A DNA stretch of 64,000 nt from Eledone cirrhosa. Its lineage: Eukaryota. A program made the position numbers and the translations under genes. Under the pieces are notes generated by a model, which worked only from the letters and a program-made list of their open reading frames with translations, was not told where the DNA came from and ran no database searches. Below are positions 39,247 to 54,342 of this stretch, in pieces. How positions within the stretch are numbered: position 1 is the first letter of the stretch; every line of letters begins with the position of its first letter. The stretch spans positions 5,642,001 through 5,706,000 of the forward strand of contig OZ024755.1 in the NCBI GenBank assembly GCA_964016885.1, in the 5' to 3' direction.

Positions 39247-39599
39247 TAATTGTTTCTACTTTTGGCACAAGGCCAGCAAATACCCAGTGTATTACTGGTA
39301 CTTTATTTTATCGACCCCGTAAGGATCAAGGCCAGCAATTACCCAGTGCATTACTGATACTTTATTTTATCGACCCCCTTAAGGATCAAGGCCAGCAAAT
39401 ACTCAGTGCATTACTGGTACTTTATTTTATCGACTCCGTAAGGATCAAGGCCAGCAATTTGGGGGGAGGGGAATGTCGATTAAATCGACCCCAGTACATT
39501 ACTGGTACTTTATTTTATCGACCTCGTAAGGATGAAAGGCAAAGCTAACCTCGGCGAGATTTGAACCCATTATTGTCACGGTAGAAGGTCGGACGCCAT
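39247..39599 (-). mobile_element. SINE S1 with an internal ~59-bp segment tandemly repeated
   Basis: caaggccagcaa.tacccagtg.attactggtactttattttatcgaccccgtaaggat occurs three times before the final unit. Confidence 0.88.
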
Positions 39600-40324
39600 G
39601 TGTATATATATAAGTCTATATGTATAAGTGTATATATATATATATGTCTATATGTATATGTCTCTCTCTATATATGTATATGTGTATGTCTATATGTCTA
39701 TATGTATAAGTGTATATGTATAAGTGTATATGTGTATGTCTATATGTATAAGTGTATATGTATAAGTGTATATGTGTATGTCTATATGTATAAGTGTATA
39801 TGTATAAGTGTATATGTATATATGTATAAGTGTCTGTGTATAAGTGTATATGTGTATGTCTATATGTATATATGTATAAGTGTCTGTGTATAAGTGTATA
39901 TGTGTATGTCTATATGTATATATGTATAAGTGTATATGTATATATGTATAAGTGTCTGTGTATAAGTGTATATGTGTATGTCTATATGTCTATATGTATA
40001 AGTGTATATGTATATATGTATAAGTGTCTGTGTATAAGTGTATATGTGTATGAGTATTTTTGTATGGATATGTGTATATGAATGTATACATATGTCTGTA
40101 TATGTATGAATACGTATGTCTGTATATATGTATATGTATGTGGATATATGTGCATATGTATGTATGTGTGCATATGTATATGTATATGTATATATGTGTG
40201 TGTATGTGTATATATATATATATGTGTGTGTGTATGTATATATGTATATGTATATTATTATTAGCAGTAGTGATGAAGGTGATTTGATTATGATGAGATT
40301 GACGAAAGAGGGGGGGTGGTAGAC

Positions 40325-40359
<35 letters not shown>

Positions 40360-40735
40360 CAGCAGCAGCAGTAATAGTAGTAGTAGTTGTGGTAGTAACA
40401 GTAGCAGTACTAGTAGTAGTAGTGGTAGTAGTAGTAGCAGTAGTAGTACTGTTAGTAGATAATGGTGATCATGATGATTATGAAGTGGAGAGTGGGGTCG
40501 GAATACAGTGATGGTGGCGGGTGGGTGGCGGGGGGATAGAGTGTGGCGGCGGGTGGGTGAGGGGGGGGGGATAGAGTGAGGCGGCGGCGCCGACAACGTT
40601 ATACCTTATAATGGCGGAATTGACGATGATGATGATAACGGAAGAAGTCAGAAGAAGAAGAAGACGAAGACAGAAGAAAAAGAAGAAGAGAGATGAAACC
40701 AACAACAACTACAACAATAAAACAACCCCAATTAT

Positions 40736-40787
<52 letters not shown>

Positions 40788-41029
40788 AAAATTGAGGATG
40801 AGACTGAGAAAATGGAGACGTCCGTGATAGGTGACAAGATCCTTGTCAAAACGTTTGACACTATTCTAGCGGTGACGTAAGCACTTATGGAGGAGGTGTC
40901 TTAAGCGGCCCCACCAAATGACGGACACTTCATTTTTGAAGCTGACAATTTCATCACGACTTCCCTTTAATTCACATCTCCACTATTCCATATAACACAC
41001 AGACATACACACAGTCTCTCCTTCTCGCT

Positions 41030-41100
<71 letters not shown>

Positions 41101-41205
41101 CCTCGTGGTCTTTCTCGCCCTCTCTGTTATGTATCTATCTATCTACCATTCTCTCGCTTTTATTCATTCTCTTATATATATATATATAAGGCATATGTAT
41201 AGAAG

Positions 41206-41270
<65 letters not shown>

Positions 41271-41417
41271 TGTGTGTGTGTATGGGTATGTGTATGCCTA
41301 TATATAGATACATGCACATATACATATATATATATATATACATATAAAGAGAGAGATAGAGTATATACACCTATTAATATATGAACATGTATGTGTGTGT
41401 GTATATATGTATATATG

Positions 41418-41457
<40 letters not shown>

Positions 41458-41702
41458 TTTATGTCCACATAATTTTACGACAATTCTCTCTCTCTCTCTT
41501 TTCTGTGGTGTATTTGTCAGTATGTCAACTTAGGTATTCTATATAAATGCCAAGTTCACACGCACAATGTGAAATTATGTATGTTAAATATTATGTAATA
41601 TACCTCTTTAACGATGCATGTAGACTCGTCTGATAGGAATCGGTTAATCGGTTGTCTTATGGTGTGTTCTTGTGAACGTATTAACATTAAATATATATAT
41701 AA

Positions 41703-41881
41703 GTTTATCCCGAGTTCAATCGGGGGTAACCACAGTAAGTAAGGTACTCAATACATAGCAGAGTATAAATATTTAATATAGAAATGGCTTCTACAGGACT
41801 ATGACTGTTTCATTTGGGAGAAATCATCAGGAATGAAACAATTCTAGTATTCTAGTCCTGTAGAAGCCATTTGTATATTAA
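41703..41881 (-). mobile_element. TA-embedded fold-back element family B with partial hammerhead core (41797-41830)
   Basis: Palindromic arms span 41773-41881. The minus strand reads CUGAUGA-U UU cuccc AA AU-GAAAC agucaua GUC, and the 5' strand of stem I is replaced by the inverted arm. Confidence 0.82.
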
Positions 41882-41926
<45 letters not shown>

Positions 41927-41929
<3 letters not shown>

Positions 41930-42081
41930 ATAATAATAAATGTGGAGACTAAAATCCAAAGAGGGCTCGATAAGGATAAATATATATCAAATATATAAGA
42001 ACCGTAGAGCAAATATTTATTATTAAAATAACAGATTAAAGTTTAAGTTTGGATTCTTTGCTTAAACTTTAATCTGTTATG

Positions 42082-42085
<4 letters not shown>
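41927..42085 (-). mobile_element. TA-embedded fold-back element family C
   Basis: Tail plus inverted pair ttaaaataacagattaaagtttaag / cttaaactttaatctgttatgttaa. Confidence 0.85.
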
Positions 42086-42148
<63 letters not shown>

Positions 42149-42152
<4 letters not shown>

Positions 42153-42223
42153 ATACTTGGGGAGGGTCATATTGTTGTAATAATATTGCCAGAAATAATA
42201 AGAGAACACACTCACGTATTAAC

Positions 42224-42224
<1 letters not shown>
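42149..42224. mobile_element. Family D mini element within (TA)n
   Basis: Homologous to 8382-8445, with ends TGTTA...TAACA. Confidence 0.7.
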
Positions 42225-42268
<44 letters not shown>

Positions 42269-42270
<2 letters not shown>

Positions 42271-42416
42271 CGAATGAGTTGTGGTAAGGAACCAGATGGA
42301 CCATAACGCACCAGAGTACTCAATACTTAGAGTAGTAGAGTGGGTAATAGGAAATGAGTCCAGAATTAGCCGTCGAAACGGGTTGAGCTCAGCCGTCGGG
42401 GTCCTACTCGTTCCTA
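42269..42416 (-). mobile_element. TA-embedded fold-back element family A
   Basis: Family A tail (reverse) joined to the inverted arm gtccagaattagccgtcgaaacgggttgagctcagccgtcggggtcc..ttccta. Confidence 0.85.
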
Positions 42417-42702
42417 TATATATATATATTGTAATAAACAACACAATACAATCATTCCATTTATATATCACACTGTTTGTCTTGTCATTTCTTGAACTAT
42501 ATTATAGAGAGAGAGGTGTGTGTATATATATACACACATGTATGTATATATATATATATATATACACACACATGTGTGTGTATATATGTGTATGGCAGTA
42601 GTCATGCGGATTACTTAACTGTTCCTCCACCAATCAATTACTGATTAAATCAATGGATTAAGAAATCAATCGAAATATATCCGTATGTCTATCTCTCTCT
42701 CA

Positions 42703-42827
<125 letters not shown>

Positions 42828-42986
42828 TATAGTATTGTTAAATGAACAAGTATTTCGACTGATAATTTTGGGTGTATTTGCCATTGTTTTTACTGTATAA
42901 TCTTTTATTTAACTAAGAAATGGCAGTTTGTATGAAGTGACGAGAGTTATTTTCTTTTTGTATTAATTCATTTATGTTGATGTGCA

Positions 42987-43082
<96 letters not shown>

Positions 43083-43092
43083 ATATAATATA

Positions 43093-43280
43093 ATATAGAA
43101 ATGGCTTCTACAGGACTAGAGCTGTTTCATACAGAACTAGAGCTGTTTCATCAGGAGAGCCGACATTCAATACTCTGCTATGTATTGAGTACCTTACATA
43201 CTGCGGTTACCCCAGATTGAACCCGGGAGAAAGATACATACTGAGGTTACCCCAGATTGAACCCGGGAGAAAGATACATA
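43093..43280 (+). mobile_element. Family B element with internal duplications
   Basis: Inverted arm agaaatggcttctacaggactagagctgtttca, then tail tactctgctatgtattgagtacc..ggttaccccagattgaacccgggaga. A ~40-bp 3' segment is duplicated. Confidence 0.8.
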
Positions 43281-43390
43281 TTTCGCCGACACAGTCACCT
43301 CTTTAAAACTGATAGCGTAAGGTCTTCTAAATGTTTTTAATTAAACATACAGTATATTGCCAAATATACTATACATACATTCATATATAT

Positions 43391-43583
43391 AACAAAGGAA
43401 TTGTGGTAAGGAACCAGATGGACCATTACGCACCAGAGTACTCAATACTTAGGGTAGTAGAGTGGGAAATAGGAAAAAGTATGACCCCCGACGGCAGAAC
43501 TCAAGCCGTTTCGACGGCTATTTCTGGACTCCAGAAATAGCCGTCGAAACGGCTTGACCTCTGCTGTCGGGGTCATACTTTTT

Positions 43584-43587
<4 letters not shown>
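43391..43587 (-). mobile_element. TA-embedded fold-back element family A
   Basis: ~118-bp palindrome at 43470-43587 centred on ctgg-act-ccag (43529), plus the family A tail. Confidence 0.9.
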
Positions 43588-43660
<73 letters not shown>

Positions 43661-44049
43661 CTATTTGTTAGCTATGTCCAACCATTATCACTGTTCTCTC
43701 AATTTATAGAATTCTATCTATATATACCACCACATTATTTCTCTGACATCTAATCTCTTCAGAAGATCCGATGATCGTGTGAATACACCGGCGAAACTCC
43801 ACAGCAACAGGATTTTGATTTGGGGGTAATAATAACAATAAAATAACAATGTTGGTCTCTACAATGGCACTGAGTACTCATTCTCGAGATGTCACTGCTA
43901 TATCTATCTATATATATATATATATATATAAAATGCAATATGTTGACGAGGTAACACACTAGAGAGAGATATACAGTGCGCTATCAATAAAACAGGGGAA
44001 AACCACCAGTGTATGGAATCTATAACCTATGAAAGGCAGTGTGAGCTGT

Positions 44050-44130
<81 letters not shown>

Positions 44131-44132
<2 letters not shown>

Positions 44133-44386
44133 TGTTGTTGTTACAGCTCACACCTATGCAGGTTTAGCTGGCCTCCTCCAAGGTATATCTCCTTGGAGGT
44201 GTCTTGGGTGGGTGATTTAATGATAGGGACCCCAGTCCTATCATCTCATTTCTACAGCTGAGTAAACTGGAGCAATGTGAAATAAAGTGTCTTGCTCAAG
44301 GAAACAACACATCACCCGGTCTGAGATTGAACTCACAACCTTTCGAATGTTGCAAGCCCAATGCTCTAACCACTAAGCAAAGCGCC
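44131..44386 (-). mobile_element. SINE family S2-related
   Basis: Core ctgagtaaactggagcaatgtgaaataaagtgtcttgctcaagg. The minus strand has A box tgcttagtgg, B box gagttcaatc and an (AAC)n tail. Confidence 0.8.
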
Positions 44387-44476
44387 TATATCTATATATC
44401 CACTCGGCATCCGTGCTGTGTGTTTTCTATATGTACATAACGTTCATATATATATATATACGTGTGTGTGTGTGTG

Positions 44477-44652
<176 letters not shown>

Positions 44653-44922
44653 TGTGTGTCTGTGTCTGTGTGTGTGTGTGTCTATGAGCATAAATAGGAG
44701 AGATTCTCAAAGTGTTTACATAAATGTATATATATGTGTGAGTGGTTTATCGAAATCGCCTGATATTTTCATATACGAAAAATATTGTCTCCTGTCACTT
44801 CTCCTTTTCACTTGTTTGTTTGTTTGTTTGTTTGTTTGTTTGTTTGTTTGTATGTATGTATGTATGTATGTATGTATGTATGTATGTATGTTCTTTTTGG
44901 TAAATATCATCTTGGTTAAGAG

Positions 44923-45195
44923 AGTGGGACTGGCTTTGTGCAGTGCCTTTGCTCACTATAAAAGCTTCACGACACAGGCATTGCTTTATATCTGGAGATC
45001 TCTCTGCACTTGTCGTCACATGGTACCATGGGCCCAGCACTATGTATCAATAATTGTCACAAGTGTAGTGTTTGTACTAGAGTTTTCAAGTCGCTGGCTG
45101 GACTAAAAAGTCACACTCGTTCAGCGCATCGGTAGGGGTTCTCCTACATGGATATAAAGTAGTGGCCGTACTCGAAAACGAGTTGGCAGCCACCA
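44923..45195. mobile_element. Dispersed repeat family G
   Basis: Near-identical to 29229-29494 and followed by (ATGT)n. Confidence 0.9.
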
Positions 45196-45231
45196 TGTAT
45201 GTATGTATGTATGTATGTATGTATGTATGTC

Positions 45232-45763
45232 TATGTCGGGTCACTCTTGAGTGCTACTGGTAACATGTAACCCAGTACAACCTGTCGCATGGTCGGGTCG
45301 TCGGCGACTAAACCGGCAACCCCACCAAGTTGGTGAGGAGGGTGTTTTGGACACCCTGCAGGGCAAAAAACAAAACCTGACAAAGAGCGGAAGAACTCAT
45401 AAGAGTCAACGGCCATCCAAAAGTGTGTAAATATGTATATAGACATGTACTGCGCGGTTAAACCACTGGGAGTGAAGACCCCTAGCCTTTGTCAGCGCAT
45501 TCTTCTAGGAGAAGGCAACTCAGGAAACTGGGTTAACTCCGATATAAAACCTGCGGCTCAGTAGTTACCGAAGATGTTGATCTTTTCTTCTTTTCGGGTT
45601 ATGCCTACTGTCGCTCAGAGAGTGGGATTGGCTCAGTGCACAGTCTTCCCTCACTTTAAAAAATATCTTCACGCACACGCATTGCACGATAGAATTAATT
45701 AATAATTATTAATAATGGTATATCATGCAATGGCCATACTCGATAACGAGGGGACAGCCATCA
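45232..45763 (+). mobile_element. Non-autonomous retroelement with RTE-like 5' region and family-G-related 3' part, bounded by (ATGT)n
   Basis: The 3' part agtgggattggctcagtgca..ctcact.taaaa..cttcacg.acacgcattgc ... tggccatactcgataacgag..cagccatca aligns to family G. The 5' part has ctaggagaaggcaactc..aaaacct, recalled as typical of RTE 5'UTRs. Confidence 0.55.
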
Positions 45764-46157
45764 TGTATGTATGTATGTATGTATGTATGTATGTATGTAT
45801 GTATGTATGTATGTATGTATGTATGTCTGTCTATTTTCTCACTCACAATGTCTTTTTTACTTACACACATTCAGGCATCTACCTTTTTCATACACACACA
45901 CAGATATGTGTGTGTGTATGTGTGTGAGTGTATGTGTAGTTATATGTCATATATATGTCCTATAATTTTAAGCATTAAACTAATATATTTCTTCATTGTA
46001 CTGTGTCGTTTGTTTTGTTATTTCTGTTTACTTTTTACACACGTACACAGGTGTGTGTTCGTGTTATCATGTGTGGAGTCATGTGTGTGTGTGTGTGTGT
46101 ATATAAATATATATATATATATATATACACACACATATATATACATATACATATATA

Positions 46158-46225
<68 letters not shown>

Positions 46226-46272
46226 CCTTATCGAGTCCTCTGAATTTTAGTCATTGAATTTATTACTACTAC

Positions 46273-46321
<49 letters not shown>

Positions 46322-46367
46322 CATACTTATATATACATACATGCATACATATTACACACACACGCAT

Positions 46368-46418
<51 letters not shown>

Positions 46419-46741
46419 TTATTATGGTGTGATGCTGTGACACCATTGTGTAGGATTTACTATGCTATAGTTTTAAGAATTTAATTTACTTTTTCGTCAG
46501 AGGTAAAACATGTTCTACATTTACACAATATTTTCCTGTAGGCGTAGTCATGTTACTCTTTTTTTTTACCGCTTATTTTGTCTCTTTTTATTCATTTTCT
46601 CTTCAGTTTCTCTTCATCAATGCATGCCACGCATGTGCACTGAATGTTAAATTAAACACACAACGTAAGACTGATGGTGCAGTTCACTATTTGTTAATGC
46701 ATATGCCAAAATACACCGGGATTTTTTCTTGTTTTGTTTGT

Positions 46742-46785
<44 letters not shown>

Positions 46786-47146
46786 TATTTTTTTATTTTT
46801 ATTTTCAGGGATTTCATTTCCTCAGCGCTACCATTCCATAGCAGAAAAATCATTAACATTTCTTGGTGCAGTAATTATCGGTTTTATCAACTAGCATCTA
46901 ACGTCATATATACAGTTAGTTGTACAGTTGACATAGCAGCTGTCTTCAGATGTACCTGTCTCTGTAGAACTGGAAATCTCTCTCTCTCTCTCTAAATCTC
47001 TCTCTCTCTCTCTCTCTCTAAATCTCTCTCTCTCTCTCTCTCTAAATCTCTCTCTCTCTCTCTAAATCTTTCTGTCCTTCTCTCAATCACTATCTATCTT
47101 TCTGTCCTTTTCGCAATCTCTCTCTTTCTCCAACTCACTTTCTGTG

Positions 47147-47189
<43 letters not shown>

Positions 47190-47563
47190 ATGTGTGTGTA
47201 TATATTTATATAAAAACACATATATATATAGCTGTATATACGCGTATGTGTGTATATATATTTACATATATATATACAAAAACACATAAATATATATATA
47301 TGTATGTACCTATATATATATATACACGCACACACACATATATATATAGATACATATATACATGTATGTAAATGAATGTGTCTGAGTGTGTGTGAGTATG
47401 TGTGTGAGTGTGAGAGTGTATGTGTGTGAGTGTGAGAGTGTATGTGTGTGAGTGAGTGTGTGTATGTGTGTGAGTGAGTGAGTGTGTGTATGTGTGTGAG
47501 TGAGTGAGTGTGTGTATGAGTGAGTGAGTGTGTGTATGTGAGTGAGTGTGTGTATGTGTGTGT

Positions 47564-47596
<33 letters not shown>

Positions 47597-48169
47597 AAGG
47601 AACAAGTGTCACTCTTCTCTGAACTGTTAAACGTGAACATGTGAGACTACACACTATAAATGTACAACAAAAAAAAGAAAAGAAAATGAAATGGAAACCT
47701 ACTTATGCCAATAGTTGTATATTAATACATTAAATCAATGTTTGGCGGAGAGACATGACAAAGGCACGGTGGTGGCATGGCGTTATCGTCATAATCATAC
47801 TGAGTTCGATTCCCAGCTGTAGTGGAACTATTCCTGACATTAGTATCAGAAAGGCACTGCCAGAATGCTCCATATTTAATCTTGCTCTCACTTTCACTCA
47901 GATAGCGTGACAGTGAAACAGATTAATAAAGCATTCTTTTTACAACTTCACTATATACACACGCATATACACCCGCTTGTGTGTATATTATAATATATTT
48001 ACATACATACATACATGTATATACTATGTGTGTGTGTATATATATATGCATATATATATATATTTGTATATGTATATATATATAAACAAATATATATATA
48101 TATATACATATATATATGGAAATAATTATTTCATACGAATGAAACAGTTCTAGTCCTGTAGAAGTCATT

Positions 48170-48350
<181 letters not shown>

Positions 48351-48525
48351 TTTCTGTATGTAGTGTGTGTGTCTAATGTTAATATAATACAACTTTATCG
48401 GAAGGGCATTGTAGATTCGCCATATTTAAAGTGAACTGAGTACAAACGGGAAGCGAAACCGAGACCTCGGCAACTAACGACACACACACACGCGTATATA
48501 ATACTAAGGCAGCGTACATACTTAG

Positions 48526-48573
<48 letters not shown>

Positions 48574-48749
48574 ACATATATATGTACATATATATATAAT
48601 ATATATATATGTACATATATACATATATGTGTGTGTACATATATATATAATATATATATATGTACATATATATATGTGTGTGTACATATATATATATTAT
48701 ATATATATGTACATATATATGTACATATATATATATATATATATATTTA

Positions 48750-48886
48750 TAGGAACCGGTAAGACCCCGACGGCTGAGCTCAGTCGTCGGGATCTTACCG
48801 GTTCCTATTACCTACTCTACTACCCCAAGTATTGAGTACTTTGGTGCGTTATGGTCCACCTGGTTCCTTACCACATTTCCTTCGTT
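48750..48886 (+). mobile_element. TA-embedded fold-back element family A
   Basis: 58-bp palindrome taggaaccggtaagaccccgacggctgagctcagtcgtcgggatcttaccggttccta centred on gagctc, plus the tail. Confidence 0.9.
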
Positions 48887-48914
48887 ATATATATATATTT
48901 ATATATATATTTAA

Positions 48915-48968
<54 letters not shown>

Positions 48969-49115
48969 TTAAATGTATATATATCTATGTCTATGTATAT
49001 ATATATGTCTATGTATATATATATATATGTATATATATATGTCTATGTATATATATATATATGTATATATATATATGTATATATATATGTCTATATATAT
49101 GTCTATATATATGTC

Positions 49116-49148
<33 letters not shown>

Positions 49149-49163
49149 GTATATATATATGTC

Positions 49164-49194
<31 letters not shown>

Positions 49195-49284
49195 GTCTAT
49201 ATATATGTCCATGTATATATATATATATATATATATCTATATCTATATATATATATGTATATATATATGTCTATATATATGTCC

Positions 49285-49320
<36 letters not shown>

Positions 49321-49333
49321 ATATATATATATA

Positions 49334-49371
<38 letters not shown>

Positions 49372-49530
49372 TATATATATATATATATGTCTATATATAT
49401 ATATGTCTATATATATATATATATATATATACATATATATGTCTCTCTATATATATATGTCTATATATATATGTCTATATATATATATATATATGTCTAT
49501 ATATATATATGTATATATATATATATGTGT
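48887..49530. repeat. Interrupted (TA)n with atgtct/atgtat variants
   Basis: Seen directly. Confidence 0.93.
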
Positions 49531-49577
49531 GTGTGTATTATGTCATGGGTGTGTATGTCGTGTGTGCGATACCATTA

Positions 49578-49608
<31 letters not shown>

Positions 49609-49919
49609 GAATTATGAAACATCTGTTCAAAATATACGTCCAAATTATATGAATTCACACGACTATAAAATTGTCGTTATTACTGTGTATACCTACATTT
49701 TAGTCAATATAGTTATACTAGAGGTATTGGTATTACCGCAAAAGTACAGAATTTGGGCACACACTCTCACATACAAATGTCAAGGTGTGTATGTATGTAT
49801 TTATATATGTATATCTTATATATGTATTTATATATGTATATTTATATATATAATTAGTATCTACATACATACACTCGCATACGTACATACAGTAATGCAT
49901 AAGAATATCTATGTATGTA

Positions 49920-50010
<91 letters not shown>

Positions 50011-50103
50011 TGTATATATATATATATATATCTTTTACAAATGTACATTCTAAGCATACACCGAAGGTACTTGCGTTTTTCACTCTCTCTCGCGCGGGCA
50101 TTG

Positions 50104-50192
<89 letters not shown>

Positions 50193-51638
50193 TATACAGG
50201 TGTGTATTTATATATATATATATATATATATACTTTTACAGATACAAATATATACATATACACGCAAACATACTTATACACACACACATATATATACATA
50301 TGCATGCATAAATATATATATATATATGCTTAAGTGTGTGTGTGTGTGTGTGTGTGTAGATCTACATACATATATTAGTATACACACATACACACACATA
50401 TATATATACATATACCAGTATACACACATACATACGTATAGATACATACACATACACACATAAAGAAGTATATTGAATATATATAAATATTCACATTCAT
50501 ACATATGTATAGGTATAAACGAATTTTCAAACGTATAAACAGAGTAAAATCTTCAAATATTCTGCCATGTTCGATATCAAAAGGCATCTGACACCAATTG
50601 AAGAGATTGACATGTCGGAATTACCGAATATATTCCACCAGACAAACAAAAAAAGAAAAAAAAGAAACCGAATGTTATAAAACTACCTTTTTTTTTTTTA
50701 CTGTAACTATAAGTTCGTCATCTAGTTCGTATAACTAAAATATAACTTAACTAAATTATCCATATAGATTCATATATGCATGTGTAATGATGCTTTCCCA
50801 GTGGTACCGACAAACATGCAAATTCCGAATGCAACTACATGACAGTCTACTGCCATCAGCTTGGCGTTTCCACATACTATCTACTACAGTATGTTCCAAC
50901 GTCTTCTTTCTATTAATATATGTATTCTTCAAATATCAAGCAGTTTAATGCTGATATTATCCTTGACGAATAAAGAAAAAAAATACTGCAACAGTTGTTT
51001 TTTAATATAGATAAATCATTTTTATATAGTTAGCTGTTTGACTTCTCATTTCTGAGAATGTAATCTATGTGTGGTAATTGCGTTAATACTTCAGTGTGTA
51101 TGTATATGATGAACATAAAAATCCTTTAACGAAGGCGAAATATATGTTTGAAATGCACAATATGTGCGTTATTCTGTGTGTAATTGCCAAAATATGTTTG
51201 TATCAGTGCCAGAGATGGTTGTATTGAAAATAAATAGATAAATACTTACTTATTTCCGATGGACAAAGGCTCTTTCCATTGATAATATCAGCATGAAGCC
51301 CAAACAGCGGGTAAGGCCAACAGCAGACGATAAATGGCGGCGGTGAAGCGACCAATGAGAGCGGTTGTATAGATTCAATCCCGATTTTCAACAAGACACC
51401 CTCAACCATAAAACTAACATCCACACACGTACACACACATGCATACACACATGCACACACCGTAATAATATTATTAATAATAATAATAAATACAACCGGG
51501 TCTCAGTCAAAGAAAAATATAAATTTCCCAATGCGCTCTGTTGCAGCTAAACGGTAAATTCCAAACTGGTGTATTCTTCTATGTCATTTTTTTTTTCCTT
51601 TTTCGTTCTTTTTCATATTATTTTGTTCTTTCATTTTA

Positions 51639-51702
<64 letters not shown>

Positions 51703-52155
51703 TGTGTATCTACATATACATGAGTATGTCTTTTATATATACATGTGTGTGTTTCATATATACAAGTGCGTGCGTATTATTCCACTATTTCCAAATAGGC
51801 GAACACACATACAAGTATGTATGTATGCATGTGCAGCTGTATACATTCGGTGTGCGTGTCACATAGGCATATATGTGAGTGTGTGGGTGTGTATGCGCGT
51901 TTGCGTGACTCTGTATGTATACCTTATAGCTCTCTTTCCCTCTTGCTCTCTCTATCACTCTCTCTCTTCCTCTATCTATTTATCCATCTATCTCTCTTCC
52001 CCTGTACGTGTTACATCTAGTCGTGTCTCATGTATGTATGATAAGGTGACAAGGATTTTTTTTTAAACGTACGACAGGTATATCAATGCAGAAATGCGTA
52101 AGATTTTAAGTTCGCCCGCGAGACGTTTTCTTCATATATACGAGACGTTTTCTTC

Positions 52156-52213
<58 letters not shown>

Positions 52214-52414
52214 TTATTTCACCTTCTGCTATCTTTCCAGTAATGTTCTTAGGTACAACTGTATGTATCTTCTTTATGAAATTATTATGTCGTTGTTCTT
52301 ATTGTTGATGTTGCTTATTATAATTATTGTTCTTACTTATTAGCTAGAATGAACATGTTCAACCCACCTTCCTGCAAGAAATTAGATGACATACTTGTAC
52401 ATACATATTTATGA

Positions 52415-52487
<73 letters not shown>

Positions 52488-52596
52488 CGTTGCGCACTCT
52501 CTATCTGTATATATATATATATATATGGTATATGTATATGTATATATATATGTATGTGTGTGTGTGTGTGTATATGTATATATATGTATGTATGTA

Positions 52597-52643
<47 letters not shown>

Positions 52644-52656
52644 GTGTGTGTGTGTG

Positions 52657-52687
<31 letters not shown>

Positions 52688-53069
52688 TCTATCCCTAGAT
52701 AAGTGTGTATATATGTGTGTATATATGTGTATAGGTGTATGTATCTAAGTGTGTTATTTTCTTATAGTATATGTCATTAATATATCTATTCAATTTAGAG
52801 AGTTATGTGTTAAAACCAATGTTTCTGAAGATTTGGTGTTCGCTTTGCTTGATTATGTCTTCGAAATATAGAAAAGAAATCTTAAAGTGAATATCTGAGC
52901 TTCAGATCACTCCAACATGCTTTGCGTTCTGCAGTTTACTCCTCTTTTTTTTTTTTCTTTGTACAAGTGATTTCGATTATCTGTACTACATATTACTGTC
53001 TTGTGTATATATTGTATATATATTTTTGGTTCCTATATTTATACATATATATATTGTTGTATATATTTT

Positions 53070-53112
<43 letters not shown>

Positions 53113-53559
53113 TGTTGTATATATTTTTGCATATATATATAATATATATATATATATGTTTATGTATGGATTGCGAAAGTAATTTTATAAGTGCCACTGT
53201 GTGTGTCTGTTTGTGTGTGTGTGTGTGCTTGAGTGTGCGTGTGTGTGAGTAAGTGCGTGTGTGTGTGTAAGTGTGTGTAAGTGTGTAAGAGAGCGACAGA
53301 TGGAGTTGGAAAGAGAGAAATAAAAAATAAAAAGAGAGATGAAACAACAGTGTCTATCCGAGAGATGGAAAGATAGTGTTAGCATGCGTGTCTGTGTATG
53401 CGCATGTCTGCATGTGTGTGTATGCGCATGTGTCTGCGTGCGCGTGTTTGCGTGTGTGTCTATATGCGTGTGATGAAGATGAAGATGTAGATGTATGCGT
53501 GTAAAGTTTTGTGAACAGAGATATATAGTCACCTCTCTCTGTTACATACGGGATTTTAC

Positions 53560-53623
<64 letters not shown>

Positions 53624-53979
53624 ACATGTATATATATATGTGTGTGTTTGTGAGCCTGTATGTGCTCGTGTGTATGTGTGTGTGTGTGAGTCTGTGATGT
53701 TTTCGAAATTACGAAGATTTTTTTTCTTTTTTCTTTTTGTATGCTTCTCCCCTTCTCTCTCTCTTTCTCTCTTCCTCTCTCTTACTCTCTTCTCTCTTTT
53801 CCTCTCTCTCCCTCCCTTCCTCTCTCTGTCTCTCCTTTTCCCTCTTCCTTTCTCCCTCCTCTCTCTCTCCTTTTCTCTTTCCCTTCTCTCTCTCGTTCTC
53901 TCTGTTGTAAACCCTTTCTATTCCTTCTCTCTCTTTCTCTCTCTAATTATCTTCCTCGCTTACTATTTTCACCTGTCCA

Positions 53980-54293
53980 ATCCACCACAACCACCACAAC
54001 AACAATAACCACAACAACAACAACCACCACCACCACCACCACCACAACAACCACCACCACCACAACCGTGTTATCTATAAAACTAACAAGAACAAGGGAA
54101 GTCACTCAGATTACTTCACTCACTGACGGGCTGACATCAACCAACGTCTCTTACGTTTTAGTCACATCACAACAACACTATTTCATACAACTACTATTGC
54201 TGCTACTACTGCCGCTGCTGCTACTATTACTACTACTACTACTACTGTTACTACTACTGTTACTACTACTACTACTACCACTACTACTACTGT

Positions 54294-54342
<49 letters not shown>

